Positions 11,022 to 24,266 of a DNA stretch of 64,000 bases are shown here, piece by piece. This stretch comes from Octopus sinensis (Eukaryota): assembly GCF_006345805.1 (NCBI RefSeq), contig NC_042999.1:64418001-64482000 (forward strand), in the 5' to 3' direction. The notes beneath the pieces were generated by a model. That model had not been told where the DNA came from, ran no database searches, and saw only the letters and a list, made by a program, of their open reading frames with translations. A program made the translations under genes and the position numbers. Within the stretch, counting starts at the first letter, position 1, and each line of letters starts with the position of its first letter.

Positions 11022-11179
11022 GCACAGACTCAGCAGGCACACACACACACGTACACACGCACATCCGCACACACATATGTATGCATGTTTGTATGTATAA
11101 CCGCAGCTAAGATTTAAGGCTCCTGAGTACCGTTCAGTCGCCGAATATTTGAGTCATTAGAACGACAGGAAGTCAAGTC

Positions 11180-11189
<10 letters not shown>

Positions 11190-11244
<55 letters not shown>

Positions 11245-11263
11245 TAATAATGCTGATGATGAA

Positions 11264-11294
<31 letters not shown>

Positions 11295-11932
11295 GTTATC
11301 ATAACCATGATGATATATAAATATGATTTATATAGAAACTTCCACATATACAAACACATATGTATATACGAATATATATCCGTCTCCGTGTGGGTGTATG
11401 TACGCATGTGTATTTGTCATGTATATCTGTGTGGGTGTATATGCGATGTGTGTTTGTCGTGTATGTCCGTGTGTGTGTTTGTGTGTGTGTGTGTTTACCC
11501 CCTTAATATAAAATTATTCTCTAATTCATTCAGTCCGGCAAACACTACAGTAAATGATACCCTCTATAAAACGTTAGGTGAATGCATAAATGTATAGTAC
11601 ACAATTTTCATTGAAGCTTAAATGTCAACGTGCGTCAGGGTAAGTAAAACCTAATTTGGCCACGCTCATACGTCTGGGCGCACACGTGCATACGTAGACA
11701 GTTCCTTACCTACAAATGGAGTATAATGACGTTAATACATATATACATACGGCCATAGCTTTCCTCACATATATTGACGCATGCGCGTACAGCAGACACA
11801 CACACATACACACACAAGCATATAAGTATACATACATTCATATATATATACACATACATATACATACCGGCACAGTCACACACATGCACCCAGATCTTTG
11901 TGTATGTATATATATCAATGTGTATATATCTA

Positions 11933-12012
<80 letters not shown>

Positions 12013-12056
12013 ATCTATCTATCTATCTATCTATCTATCTACATCTATCTATCATC

Positions 12057-12129
<73 letters not shown>

Positions 12130-12195
12130 CTATCTATCTATCTATCAATCTATCTACCTATCTATATATATACATATATATATATACAATATATG

Positions 12196-12227
<32 letters not shown>

Positions 12228-12652
12228 TAATAATATATATATATAATATATATATACAACCACATACATTCAGCTACACACATATTTACACACACACATT
12301 CACACATATAAATGCACTTTTACGTACAACTAAATGCAAACATGTATGTATATACATGCAAGCATTCATACACAAACACACACACATTTCGTCACATATT
12401 TTTCTATGGTTATATATATATAAATCGACTATATGTATGTGTGTATGTGTGTGTAGATATAAATATACACATACTTTATACTTTTATACAAGCAATTATA
12501 TACATGTTTTTGCATATATTTACACACATGTACGGTAATGCATACATACACATCTGTATACACATACACACATACAAACATACTCGAGACATTCGCACCG
12601 TATTTACACGCAGAGTAAATACCAGTCTGTGGGTGGGATGTGTGTGTGGTGT

Positions 12653-12704
<52 letters not shown>

Positions 12705-12844
12705 GAAGACAGAGAAAACGAGAGAGAGAGAGAGAGAGAAATAGATAGTGAGAGAAAGAGAGTGAGAATGATAGCTATAGAGCTCTCCCTTTCAACTGTA
12801 TAGAATTGATTTTAAATTGGTAAAATGGCGTGTTGAATTATCGT

Positions 12845-12878
<34 letters not shown>

Positions 12879-13075
12879 CTACTACTACTACTACTACTAC
12901 TACTACCAGCAGCAGCAGCAGCAGCAGTAGCAGTAGTAGTAGTTGTAGCTAGATTAGTTGCAGAAGTAGTGGTATCATCATCATCATCATCATCACCAGC
13001 AGCAACAACAATAGTAACAAAAACAGCTGCAATGTGTGTAGCAGTACTTGCAGCAACAGAAGCAGTAGTGGTAGC

Positions 13076-13150
<75 letters not shown>
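11190..13150. repeat. Large compound microsatellite region: (AAT)n, (GAT)n, (TATC)n, (TA)n, (GA)n, (CTA)n, (CAG)n, (TAG)n
   Basis: Read directly. Confidence 0.9.
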
Positions 13151-13151
<1 letters not shown>

Positions 13152-13162
13152 ATTTGTTTTAA

Positions 13163-13520
13163 CCTCCATCATCTGTATTAATCGTAATCATTTGTACCAG
13201 TCATCAGCTGTATCAATCTTTATCACCTACATAAATCATTATCATTTCTTCCAGTCTCCATCACTCATATCGATTTTCATCTGCATTAATCATAACCATC
13301 TATATTATCCTTCCATCAATCTTTATTATCTACATCAATCTCAATAATTTGCATTAAACTTCATCACTTGCATTAGTCGCCATCATCTACATCAATCTCG
13401 ATGATCTGTATTAATCTTAATCACTCGCATTAATCTCCATGTTTTGTATTAGTAGTCATTATCGGCATTAATCTTTACCAGCTGTTTTATACTTCGTCCT
13501 CTGTATTAGCCTTCATCACC
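13163..13520 (+). repeat. Degenerate 19-bp minisatellite (consensus about CTYCATCATCTGYATTAAT)
   Basis: Roughly 18 diverged units; resumes at ~14075-14097 and ~14700-14805. Confidence 0.7.
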
Positions 13521-13526
13521 TTATAC

Positions 13527-13809
13527 CAGGGGTTCTCAACCATTTCTTTTAGTTATGGACCCGTTTGATTACTTTTCTATTCTGGTGGATCTCTCAGAGC
13601 CATTCGTTGTTTAAAAACTAGTTTTATAGATACTTCTTTCAAAATTTTTATTTTGTTTTTCACATATTCATTAGTGTAGGTTTAACTGCGTAAAATTTGA
13701 GAAAGAAACTTTGCTGTTGCTTGCAATTTTTTTTCAAGGATCTCCAATTTCCTATTTTGCACGCGATGACCCACACAAATCTTACATGGACCCCGGTTGA
13801 GAACCATTG
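13527..13809. mobile_element. hAT (Charlie-like) MITE
   Basis: TIRs CAGGGGTTCTCAACC / GGTTGAGAACCATTG; no intact TSD; related partial copy at ~31283-31405. Confidence 0.6.
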
Positions 13810-13874
13810 AGAAACTCCGCCAACTCTATTACTCATCACTATCAATGCTAAAAGTTACTGTCTATATTATATTC

Positions 13875-14062
13875 TATTATAGGCAAAATACTTGAAATTT
13901 CGTGGTAAGGGGTATAGATGATTACAACAACCCCGGTGTGGTACTTATTTTATCAACCCTGAAAGACAAAGCCGGCATTTGAACTCAGAAAATAACCAGT
14001 CGGGAAGAAATACTGTAAAACATTGTATGAGGTGCTAACGGTTCTGACCGTTCGCCGCCTTG
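13875..14062 (-). mobile_element. SINE family B, degenerate
   Basis: ...GGCATTTGAACTCAGAA...TTCGCCGCCTT. Confidence 0.7.
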
Positions 14063-14097
14063 AAATTCACTGTCTATACTAATCTTCATCATTTGTA

Positions 14098-14697
14098 TTG
14101 GGTTGTCCGGAAAGTTCGTGCCGATTTACAGTAGTTTACCTTTCGACTTAGTTTAGAACATGGTTGAGTCCATAAAATAGGATTTGACTACACCACCATT
14201 TAGAGCACAGTTTAAGCTGTCTTTTCGTGGAAGGAGGTTTATGTTCCTATAACCTGGACGAGTTAAAAGCAGCAATTCAAGAGAAACTTCCAGAATTGGC
14301 CAACAGGAAGGGTGTTGTTTTCCAACATGATAATGCAAGACCGCACGTTTCTTTGGGAACCAGACAAAAATTGGTGCAACTCGGCTGGGATATGTTATCC
14401 CACCCTCCATATTCACCAGATATTGCTCCTTCGGATTACCACTTATTCAGGTCTCTGCAGAATAGTCTTAATGGTAAAAATTTTAATTCCTTGGATGACG
14501 TAAAAAGATACCTTGATGAATTCTTTGCCATGAAACCGCCTCAATTCTGGGAAGAGGGTATTTCCAATTTAAAGGAAAGATGGAGACGCATTGTGCAACA
14601 AAATGGTTCATATTTGGTTGATTAAAATGTAATGGCAAGTATTTATTGACCTTTTTCTTTCCTTTAAAAATCGGCACAAACTTTCCGGACAACCCAG
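14098..14697 (+). mobile_element. Internally deleted mariner element (600 bp)
   Basis: TIRs TTGGGTTGTCCGGAAAGTTCGTGCCGATTT / AAATCGGCACAAACTTTCCGGACAACCCAG, TA on both sides. Confidence 0.95.
14227..14625 (+). pseudogene. Mariner transposase C-terminal remnant
   Basis: HDNARPH ... HPPYSPDIAPSDYHLFRSL, the last two aspartates of the mariner D,D34D triad; N-terminal half deleted. Confidence 0.92.
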
Positions 14698-14861
14698 TAT
14701 TAATCCTATCATACTTATTAATGTTCACCAACCTTATAACTCTTCATCATCTGTATTCTTCATACATTTTAATCATCCTCATTTCCATTAATCTCAATAA
14801 TTTCCGATGGTCGGTTCTAAATAGCAACAAAACCAACAAAAACTGTTTGTGCTATTTGTTT

Positions 14862-15235
14862 ACAGGCAAAAACCTTAATGGCATGACAATTTTTCCGTTT
14901 CATGATGGCAGGCCCCTCATCTGGAATGTCACATGTGACACCTTCTTAATCAGCAACTTGGTGTGTTCAGCTGCCAGTCTAGGCTTCGCTACTCATCAGG
15001 CAGAGAAGGTCAAACTGTCAAAATATCAACCTCTCTCTGACAGATTTGCGGTCGAGCCTGTAGCAACGGAAACCTACGGTGTCTTCGGACCCCGGACCAC
15101 ATCCCTACTCACCGTTATCGGGGTGGAGATGGCTACTCGCAAGTGCGAGCCTCATGGATCAAAGTGGTTTTTTTCAGCACATCTTCCTCGCTATCCTCCG
15201 GGGTGACGATTTTTCCATTTTGTCTGCTGGGACCA
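14862..15235 (+). mobile_element. Decayed restriction-like endonuclease domain of a CRE-type non-LTR retrotransposon
   Basis: GKNLNGMTIFPFHDGRPLIWNVTC...KY...VEPVATETYGVFGP...AILRGD matches the (R)PDG.T..PW..G..L.WD.T...K..KY...P.A.ET.G..G...A.QRGN pattern, catalytic residues mutated. Confidence 0.7.
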
Positions 15236-15824
15236 CGAGACGAACTGACAAGCCTTTTCGATAAATGCTTTTAAGTTCATGAACCGGTGTCAGCTCAACA
15301 CGGCAGAAATATTAATTATTGAATCATATGAGTGTTATAAGTCCAGGTGCGAGACGATTAGGCATAGCCGTTTCGATGCTAGCGATTTGGCGCGGCTGAC
15401 TGGACATTGGCGATAACTTTACTTGCAGCCAGTTCTTTTGGCACGACTGCTACAAACACATCTCTTCACAAAACATCATATATTCTATATGTCCTGTCCA
15501 GGGATTTGTGGTGTTAACTGGTCGTGGAATACCGATTCTTCAGCCAGCAATACACAATTTTATCACCTTACCAATTTATAAACACCAACATGTATGGCAA
15601 AAATAAACGAATGATTTAAAAAAGTAGACAATCGGAAAATCCCATAGGTTTTGGGCTCTCATAAAAGTATTAACACTGTAGTCTTTTCGTAGTAATTGTA
15701 TCAACACCACTCCAGGGGTGGACACGAATTTGAATGAACGAAAGATTTAGCTAAACAGATAATTACAGGTGAGTAGTGAGGGACAAAAGCGTTTGTGTGT
15801 ACGCATTTAAAAAATGTATGTATG

Positions 15825-15858
<34 letters not shown>

Positions 15859-15864
15859 TGTATG

Positions 15865-15895
<31 letters not shown>

Positions 15896-16032
15896 GTATG
15901 TATGTATATATGTTTGTATGTATATATATATATATATATACTTTCATACATACATTATGTATACTATACATACACACACGTCCACTCATATACATATATA
16001 CCCACATATATTAATATATATATATTATATAT

Positions 16033-16075
<43 letters not shown>

Positions 16076-16096
16076 AATACATACATGTACACATAT

Positions 16097-16576
16097 AGGC
16101 GAAAGCGTAGTTGTGCGGTTAAGAAGCCTGCTTCACAACCATGTGAGTCTTGCGTTCGGTCCCACTACGTGGGACCTTGGGCAGGAGTGTTCTACAATAG
16201 CCACGGACCAACCAAAGCCTTGTGAATGGATCTGGTTGACATCTTATATATGTGTGTGTGTGTGTGCATGTGTACTTGTGTGTGTGTGTGCGTGTGCGTG
16301 TATGTGTGTACACACACGCACACACACACATACACACACATACACACACATACACACATACACACACACATATATATATGTAAACATATCTATATATATC
16401 TATGTGCGTCTGTCTTTGTGTTTGTGTTATGCCTATTTCTCACCATCGTTTGAGAACCGGTGTTGGTTTGTTGGCGCCTCCGTAACTTGGCAGTTCGGCA
16501 AGAGGTCGACAGAATAAGCACGGGGGTCGATTTGCTTGAACCCGCAGACCAATGACTGAAACAAGTAATAGATAAA
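16097..16576 (+). mobile_element. SINE family A, old diverged copy
   Basis: Both halves recognisable around (TG)n/(CA)n. Confidence 0.7.
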
Positions 16577-16680
16577 AAAAATATGATGCATACATACACA
16601 CACATACACACACACACAAACATACACACATACGCACGCACACACACTCACACGCACACACACACACATATACATACATA

Positions 16681-16995
16681 AAGTTGTGTTCTGGGATATG
16701 TAACACACTGTCTAAATACCAATCTTGAGAAATTAGGCTTCTCAAAACCAGAAAGGAGACAGCTGATTCGAAGACTACAGATCCAATCCATCACCGGAAC
16801 TGTAAAATCTGTAAAACTTTCTAGATATGCAACTATGTGCATGAGAATACATACATAAAACATACAAATCTGCACATACATACATACATACATACATACA
16901 TACATACATACATACATACATACAAAAATACTCTGTTGTTGATGTTGAAATTCCAATGAAGCAGCCTTGAATCTAGGTTAGAAAGCGGCTCTTCC
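16681..16995 (+). mobile_element. 3' end of an R4-like (RLE) non-LTR retrotransposon plus 3' UTR
   Basis: 16688-16825 reads VLGYVTHCLNTNLEKLGFSKPERRQLIRRLQIQSITGTVK(I)CKTF, resembling the RLE C-terminus G.LG...L..LG....LQ.....GT; the same UTR recurs at ~49745-49955. Confidence 0.65.
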
Positions 16996-17182
16996 CCCCC
17001 CCTCCTCTCTCTTTATGTGTGTGTGCATACACATACACAAACACACATATCAAAAGACTTGTGACAACAGGAAATTCTTTCATCCTCTTGCTCTGTTGAA
17101 ATATTTAAGAAAAATTATATTAATATATTTCGTTTTTGGATTTGGTTTGCAAGATTCCTTATGTGAGTTCGTGCGTTGAAGC

Positions 17183-17400
17183 ATATTCTGTTGTGTCTGT
17201 GGAGAGTCATTTTGTTTTTGTGCCTTATAATTTAACACACTCACCGGTAAAATTTCCATTTATTTCTTATTTTTATTTTTCTAAAATTTTCGTTGCGTCT
17301 TGCAACCTTTTCAATCGTCTTGACCATTGAAAAGGTTGCAAGTGTGTTACATTATAAGGCACAAAAAGAAAGTGACTCTCCCTGGACACAACAGAATATT
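17183..17400. repeat. Fold-back repeat with a deletion in the right arm
   Basis: Perfect 17-bp inner IR 17299-17315 / 17326-17342; outer arms match; single-arm relative at ~61960-62087. Confidence 0.8.
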
Positions 17401-17649
17401 AAAATACCTTGTCTGCTGAAAATACATGTCTTGCAGCTGAAGATAGCGTTGTATTTAAATTGATGCAATGATTACATTGTTCAATTAAATGGAGCCGCTT
17501 GAAACGGTCGTACTGCATTACTACTTAACATCCTGTTATTTATTTTGATTTTATTCACCTTACTAGAGTTGTTCGCATAAAATGGATTGACTTGGTGCTT
17601 CAACTTAAGTGCCTAATTCAAATGAATCTTAATTACTCTATATATACAA

Positions 17650-17728
<79 letters not shown>

Positions 17729-17730
<2 letters not shown>

Positions 17731-18130
17731 TCTTTTTACTCTTTTACTTGTTTCAGTCATTTGACTGCGGCCATGCTGGAGCACCGCCTTTTATCGAGCA
17801 ACTCGACCCCGGAACTTATTCTTTTGTAGCCCATACTTATTCTATCGGTCTCTTTTGCCGAACCGTAAGTAACGGGGACATAAACACACCAGCATCGTTT
17901 GTCAAGCATGCTAGGGGGACAAAATACAGACACACAAACACACCACACGCATATACATACACACATATATACGACGGGCTTCTTTCAGTTTCCGTCCACA
18001 AATCCACTCACAAGGCTTTGGTCGGCCCGAGGCTATAGTAGAAGACACTTCCCAAGGTGCCACGCAGTGGACTGAACCCGGACCATGTGGTTGGTAACAA
18101 GCTACTTACCACACAGCCACTCCTGCGCCT
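17729..18130 (-). mobile_element. SINE family A, full length
   Basis: Both halves, internal CA/TA repeat, (GAGTAAAA)n tail. Confidence 0.92.
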
Positions 18131-18230
18131 GTATATATATTATGTAATATAATATTAATGTGTGTGTGTATATATATAATATATAGTGATATATATATAT
18201 ATATATATATATAGATAGATATATGATATA

Positions 18231-18289
<59 letters not shown>

Positions 18290-18919
18290 ATATATATATC
18301 TATATATATATATGTATATTATATATGTATATTTTATTTGATATCATCTACACGCATGCATACATATATATGTGTGTGCGCATGTGTGTGTCAGCAGTTC
18401 GATGCTTAAATTATATTGTTTCTGATTCAAGTACAAGGCCAACAGTTTTAGAGGGGTATGTGTTAGCCGATATTATCGATCTCACTACTTGACTGGTACT
18501 TTATTTTATCGACCCTAGATACATAGTCATGTGGAAATATTTGTGTACGTGGTGTGTGTGTGTGCGTGTGTGGTTGTGTGTGTGTGTGTGTTGTGTGTGT
18601 GTGTGTGTGTGCATGCGTGTGCATGTCTGCTTATGTTTCCGTAGATATTGACACTTAAGGAGGAAATATATCATAAACGAAACTTCGCGAAAAGTATCAA
18701 ATATAGAAGAAAAAAAAAAAAAAAACAACGATCGCACGCACAAAAGAAATCAGAAAAAAAGAAAATCCCCCATAATCTCAACAGAGTAAAAATGTAATAA
18801 AAACTAATAAAAAAACAACCCTTCAAGATGTACAAAGTGTTTTTCTCTACGAAACAAACGAAACAGTTTGGTGGGATAAACGTGTACCCGGCGGGGAGTA
18901 AGGCTATACTTGGACATAC

Positions 18920-19012
18920 CAAGTATTCGCTTTGTCGATGCTGGAATCTCATCCAGATCGAAATCCCCTTTTGTTCTTTTATTTTCCACCCTTCCTCTAC
19001 CTCGTCGGACAT
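18920..19012 (-). CDS. Candidate 93-nt internal exon, unverified
   Basis: ttaacag|ATGTCC...ATACTTG|GTATGT; unique, GC-richer than flanks; two of three frames open. Confidence 0.3.
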
Positions 19013-19271
19013 CTGTTAAATTATCTCTTATTATTTTCTAACACCTGTGTTAACTTATTTACCTTTGCTACCTGTATTAATTTGTAAATACAAATATAAA
19101 ATGTACTATAATGTACTATGTACGTAGTAGGTGTCTAAACCAAACATTTTGAACTCATTTTCTAGTGCTTTGTTACAATGTGCATCCTTATCAGTTTTAT
19201 ACATACATAATGTATGTATGTATATATGTATTTACCTATTCAAGCATATATACATGCATACAAATATTTTC

Positions 19272-19372
<101 letters not shown>

Positions 19373-19805
19373 AAAAGGGTGAAAAAAAAATTATTTAATA
19401 CGATTTTCTCCAACGTTCTTCGACCCATTCGGCATATTTTTTCCCATTATTTCCTATTAACTACAGCAATTTCTTTACTTTCCACATGGATATTGCCTTT
19501 GTTCTTAGATTCAATTTAAGGCTTTCTTTAAAGACATGTTAAAGGACGAATGAATTGTATGTAGGATCAACGTCTATCTAGCAAAAGTGTTCAGGAACCT
19601 GAAAGAATATGTGATGGTGAACGAGCGCATTTATATCCTCTGAGTGATGGGTAGACCTGTGCTCTTAAGCCATGCTTAGGCAGCTTATCTATGAAAAAGT
19701 TACTCCCATTAATAAACCTGGTAGGTTAAGCCAAAAAAGTCGTTGATCTGTAATCATTTGTAATGTCCGGTGATCTTAGTATAGCTTTGATTCTGGCTAC
19801 TTTTA

Positions 19806-19975
19806 CGGCCAAGTAAGGCAGCGAGCTGGCCGAATCAAGCACGCCGGACATTATGCTTAACGGCATTTCTTGGGGGTTTACTTTCTGAGTTCTAATTCTT
19901 TCATCTTTTCGAGGTCGATTAAATAAGTACCAGTTGAACACTGGGGCCGATGTGATCGACCAAAATTTCGCTCAA
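19806..19975 (+). mobile_element. SINE family B, degenerate
   Basis: AAGGCAGCGAGCTGGCCGAATC...AAGTACCAGTTGAACACTGGGG. Confidence 0.75.
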
Positions 19976-20416
19976 AATTTCGAAATTTCAACTTGCTTGC
20001 ATTCCTCGCCCAGTTTGAAGGGGTACACTATAATTCAATGAACGTTAAACATAGGGTTTGCAAATACACCTGATTGTGATGGATAGATAAGGTGCACAAA
20101 GTCATTAAAATAATTAGGCAGAAAGTTTAAAGGAGTATAATTAAAACGAAACAAAAGAATTAAAACAAGATATCTAAAAATTAAACGTCTGCTACGTTTA
20201 TTAGCAGATGTATCTCGTACGATTCGGACTTTGTTCGCAGCCGCTTTCTTAAAGATAAAAGGTATGATGTTACACGCTCTGCTTCTCTTAATAAAAGTGT
20301 CGTTAAACATGCCTGCCAGGGTTATCCCCAAATTTTGCTTGGATGAAACAAAGAAAAACCTGTCGTGTGTTGAGAAAGTTTTTATTCTTTCAGCTATTCG
20401 ACAAAATATTTGATAT

Positions 20417-20823
20417 AGGCGTAGGAGTGGCTGTGTGGTAAGTAGCTTGCTTACGAACCACATGGTTCCGGGTTCGGTCCCACTGCGTGGCACCTTGGGC
20501 AAGTGTCTTCTGCCATATCCTCGGGCCGACCAAAGCCTTGTGCGTGGATTTTGCATGTATGTATGTATGTATGTATGTATGTATGTATGTATGTATGTAT
20601 GTATGTATGTATGTATGTGTGTGTGTATACGTGTGTGTGTCTGTATTCGTCCCCCCAACATCGCTTGACAACCGCTGCTGGTATGTTTACGTCCCCGTAA
20701 CTTAGCGGTTCGGCAAAGGAGACCGATAGAATAAGCACGAGGCTTACAAAGAATAAATTCTGGGCTCAACTAAAGGTGGTGCTCCAGCATGGCAACAGTC
20801 AAATGACTGAAACAAGTAAGAGT
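20417..20823 (+). mobile_element. SINE family A, full length with internal (TATG)n
   Basis: Both halves present. Confidence 0.92.
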
Positions 20824-20867
<44 letters not shown>

Positions 20868-20889
20868 TATATCTTTTTATCTTTTTTTC

Positions 20890-21318
20890 TTTTAGTTGAT
20901 CCAGTCATTGGGCTACGGCCACGCTAGAGCACTGCATTGAAAAGTTATATCAAACAGATCGCGATCACACCAGTACTCATTTCCTTAATTCTTGTATCGG
21001 GCTTTTTTGTTGAACCACTAAATTACGGGGACGTAAACAAACCAACACCAGTTGTTAAGCGGTGTCGGAGGGTCAAACACAGGCATAATGAGACACACAT
21101 GTATGTATGTATGTATGTATGTATGTATGTATGTATGTATGTATGTATGTATGTATGTATGTATTAAACAGGCTTCAACACAGTTTCTGTCTACCTAATA
21201 CTCTCCTGTGGTATTGATAGGTTTGAAGCTGTAGTTGAAAACACTTGCCTCAGATACCGCGCAGAGGGACAGAACCCGAATCTCATGGTTTTTCTTTATC
21301 AAAAGTAGTCTTGCGAAC
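20890..21318 (-). mobile_element. SINE family A, old copy
   Basis: Diverged halves around (TATG)n. Confidence 0.6.
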
Positions 21319-21427
21319 GATGGAGATTGCTTCATGTTTGCTATATTTTCAAATTATCAAGGACACATGACTGTGTCCTATTTTTTGTTATTACTGTTGT
21401 CGTTATGCTATGATATTTTGTTGGAAT

Positions 21428-21461
21428 GTCATTATTATTATTATCATTATTATTATTATTA

Positions 21462-21558
<97 letters not shown>

Positions 21559-21559
21559 C

Positions 21560-21594
<35 letters not shown>

Positions 21595-21770
21595 ATTATT
21601 ATTATTATTATATTATTAATTATTATTATTATTATTATTATATTATTATTATTATTATTATTATTATTATCATTATATTATTATTATTATTATTATTGTT
21701 CTTCTTATTAATTTATTATTATTATTGTTCTTCTTCTTATTAATTATTATTATTATTATTATTATTAATT
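21428..21770. repeat. (TAT)n microsatellite
   Basis: Read directly. Confidence 0.95.
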
Positions 21771-22187
21771 TTCTGCTATATGTTTCTTTGCGTATTTTTT
21801 TGGTAATCTTAAAAAAAAATTTTTTATACAGTTGTTTTGTTTTATTTACTTTCTTTTGGGAGCAGCTGCTGTTTAATGATATGCAGCCATATTAAAACAA
21901 ACGATCTTGCTGTCTATCTCAAGTGCATGGTATATATTATTACAAAATGTTCAACAATAGTCTCTGTTTAAATTTAATATCTGAAATGAAAAGTAATTCC
22001 TTCAGTTACATTTGAAAAATCACGAAGAATTCTCGGAGCAAAGTTTTTAAACACTTGCACGAATCAGTAACAAACAACAACAAAAACATCTCTACCGCCC
22101 ACCACCACAAACAACAACAACAATAATCATAATATTAGCAGTAATAATACTTTATTTTGCTACTTTATCCAGAAATTATATACAAAT

Positions 22188-22423
22188 GGCGAGGCTGTGT
22201 GATAAGAAGCTCGCTTCTCAACCACATGGTTCGGGGTTCAGTCCCATTGCATGGCACTCTAGGCAAGTGCCTTCTACTATAACCTCGAGCTGACCACAGC
22301 CTTGTGAGTAGATTTGGTAGATGGAAACTGAAAGAAGCCCATCAAATATAAATGTATATATCTATATGGGAAAGTGTCTTCTACTATAGCGATTTGGTAG
22401 ACGGAAACTGAAAGAAGTCCGTC

Positions 22424-22471
<48 letters not shown>

Positions 22472-22612
22472 TTATGTGTGTATTTCTTTGAATCTGTTTT
22501 TGTCCCCCACGATCGCTTGACAATCAATGTTGGTGTGTTTACTTGTTTACGTCCCCGTAACTTTGCGGTTCGGCAAAATTGACCGATAGAATAAATACTA
22601 GGCTTACAAAAA
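22188..22612 (+). mobile_element. SINE family A with internal partial duplication
   Basis: AAGTG(C/T)CTTCTACTATA...GATTTGGTAGA(T/C)GGAAACTGAAAGAAG occurs twice. Confidence 0.8.
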
Positions 22613-23009
22613 CGTGTTAGGCTAAACAAGCAAGTTATATAAAAGCAGGGGGGAAGGGTGAAAGATGTACAACAGCTGTGGAGACAAATTAGAAAATTTA
22701 TTCACAAATAATTATATAAAATTATTAAAATTCTGTAAGTAAAACGCATAAAAAAATTGAAAATTCAGTTTATAATGATGGCAAAATCTCCGACTGATAC
22801 ATTGTACTGTCCTGTTTGCTTACGCTCTCCACTTCCAAACTCTGTTGAAGGCTGGTGAATCAAGATATTTATTCTCTGAGATAGCTTTGGATCAGAGTGA
22901 GTAAGTAAGGGCCCATCTCATGTGGTTAGTTGACATGTGAGGGAAAGTAAATATACTCGGAACACTTTATCAATAACCAATGTATTAATAATACTGCCAG
23001 CAGGGTGCT

Positions 23010-23061
<52 letters not shown>

Positions 23062-23062
23062 C

Positions 23063-23272
23063 ACTTTCTATAATAGGCACAAGGCCTGAAATTCTTTTGG
23101 GAGAGGGGGCAAGTCGATTACATCGATCCCAGTGCTTAACTGGTGCTTATTTCATCGACCCCCAAAAAGATGAAAGGCAAAGTAAACCTCGGCAGAACTT
23201 GAATTCAGAACGGAAAAACGGACGAAATGCCGCTATACATTTTGTGCGATGCGCTGAATATTCTGCCAATTC
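23063..23272 (-). mobile_element. SINE family B, degenerate
   Basis: Matches B consensus. Confidence 0.75.
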
Positions 23273-23323
23273 GAATCATAGGGATCTTGATAATAATGAT
23301 GTTGACGATAACGATGATAATAG

Positions 23324-23355
<32 letters not shown>

Positions 23356-23855
23356 GTGATGATGAAGACGACGACGAAGACTGGTGGTGATGGTGGTGGT
23401 GGCGGCGATAATCATGATAATAAATGCAAATAACTTGACTTCCTTGACTGATTGCTTTTTAAGTTTTTTGCCTTTTGCAACGAGCATTTAACTAGATTAA
23501 TACGTTACAAAAACAACCAAAAGTGTATAACGGTCACGTCCCTGTTATTTTCTGGCCAATTTATTCCACAAGTATTCCTTGCCTGCTTTTTATGACCGAG
23601 GCACCAAGCACGTGTTGAAGGCGCGCGTACACCAAGCTTGGCATGGCATGTCATTTAACAAACTCGAGACTACATCTCGACCTAATTTTACTCCTTATTT
23701 CTCAAAGCACCTAATTGCCATTGCTATATATTGTTTTCTCCCCTATAAATGACCAAGCCTCTTATTCTGACTGCTCTGGAACAATCAGGTCTTTCACAGT
23801 TGTGAATAAATAACTCAGTGATGTTGGCATGAGGATTTTTTTTATCAGTTAAATG

Positions 23856-23942
<87 letters not shown>

Positions 23943-24144
23943 ATATATATATATATATATAATATATATATATATATATACATACACACACACAAGCATA
24001 TATATATATACATATATATATAAAATCATATATATATAAATATATAAAATCACACATATATATATATTTATATTATATAAAATGATTATATATATATACA
24101 TATAGATATATATGTATGTATATATGTGTATATATATGTATATA

Positions 24145-24196
<52 letters not shown>

Positions 24197-24217
24197 ATAT
24201 ATATATATATACATACC

Positions 24218-24266
<49 letters not shown>

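Noticed and set aside
18920-19012. START-domain reading EEGWKIKEQKGISIWMR
   Set aside because: Only superficial similarity with wrong spacing, and no further START-like exons were found.
20208-20261. Plus-strand 54-nt exon candidate (tagcag|...AAAAG|GTATGA), with similar candidates near 22860 and 29880
   Set aside because: Splice signals are good but there is no recognisable peptide or partner exons; it shows how easily such candidates arise by chance.
20035-20769. Longest listed ORFs (244 aa here; 236 aa at 53361-54071)
   Set aside because: They run through SINE A and microsatellites; the same peptide pieces recur wherever the SINE occurs.
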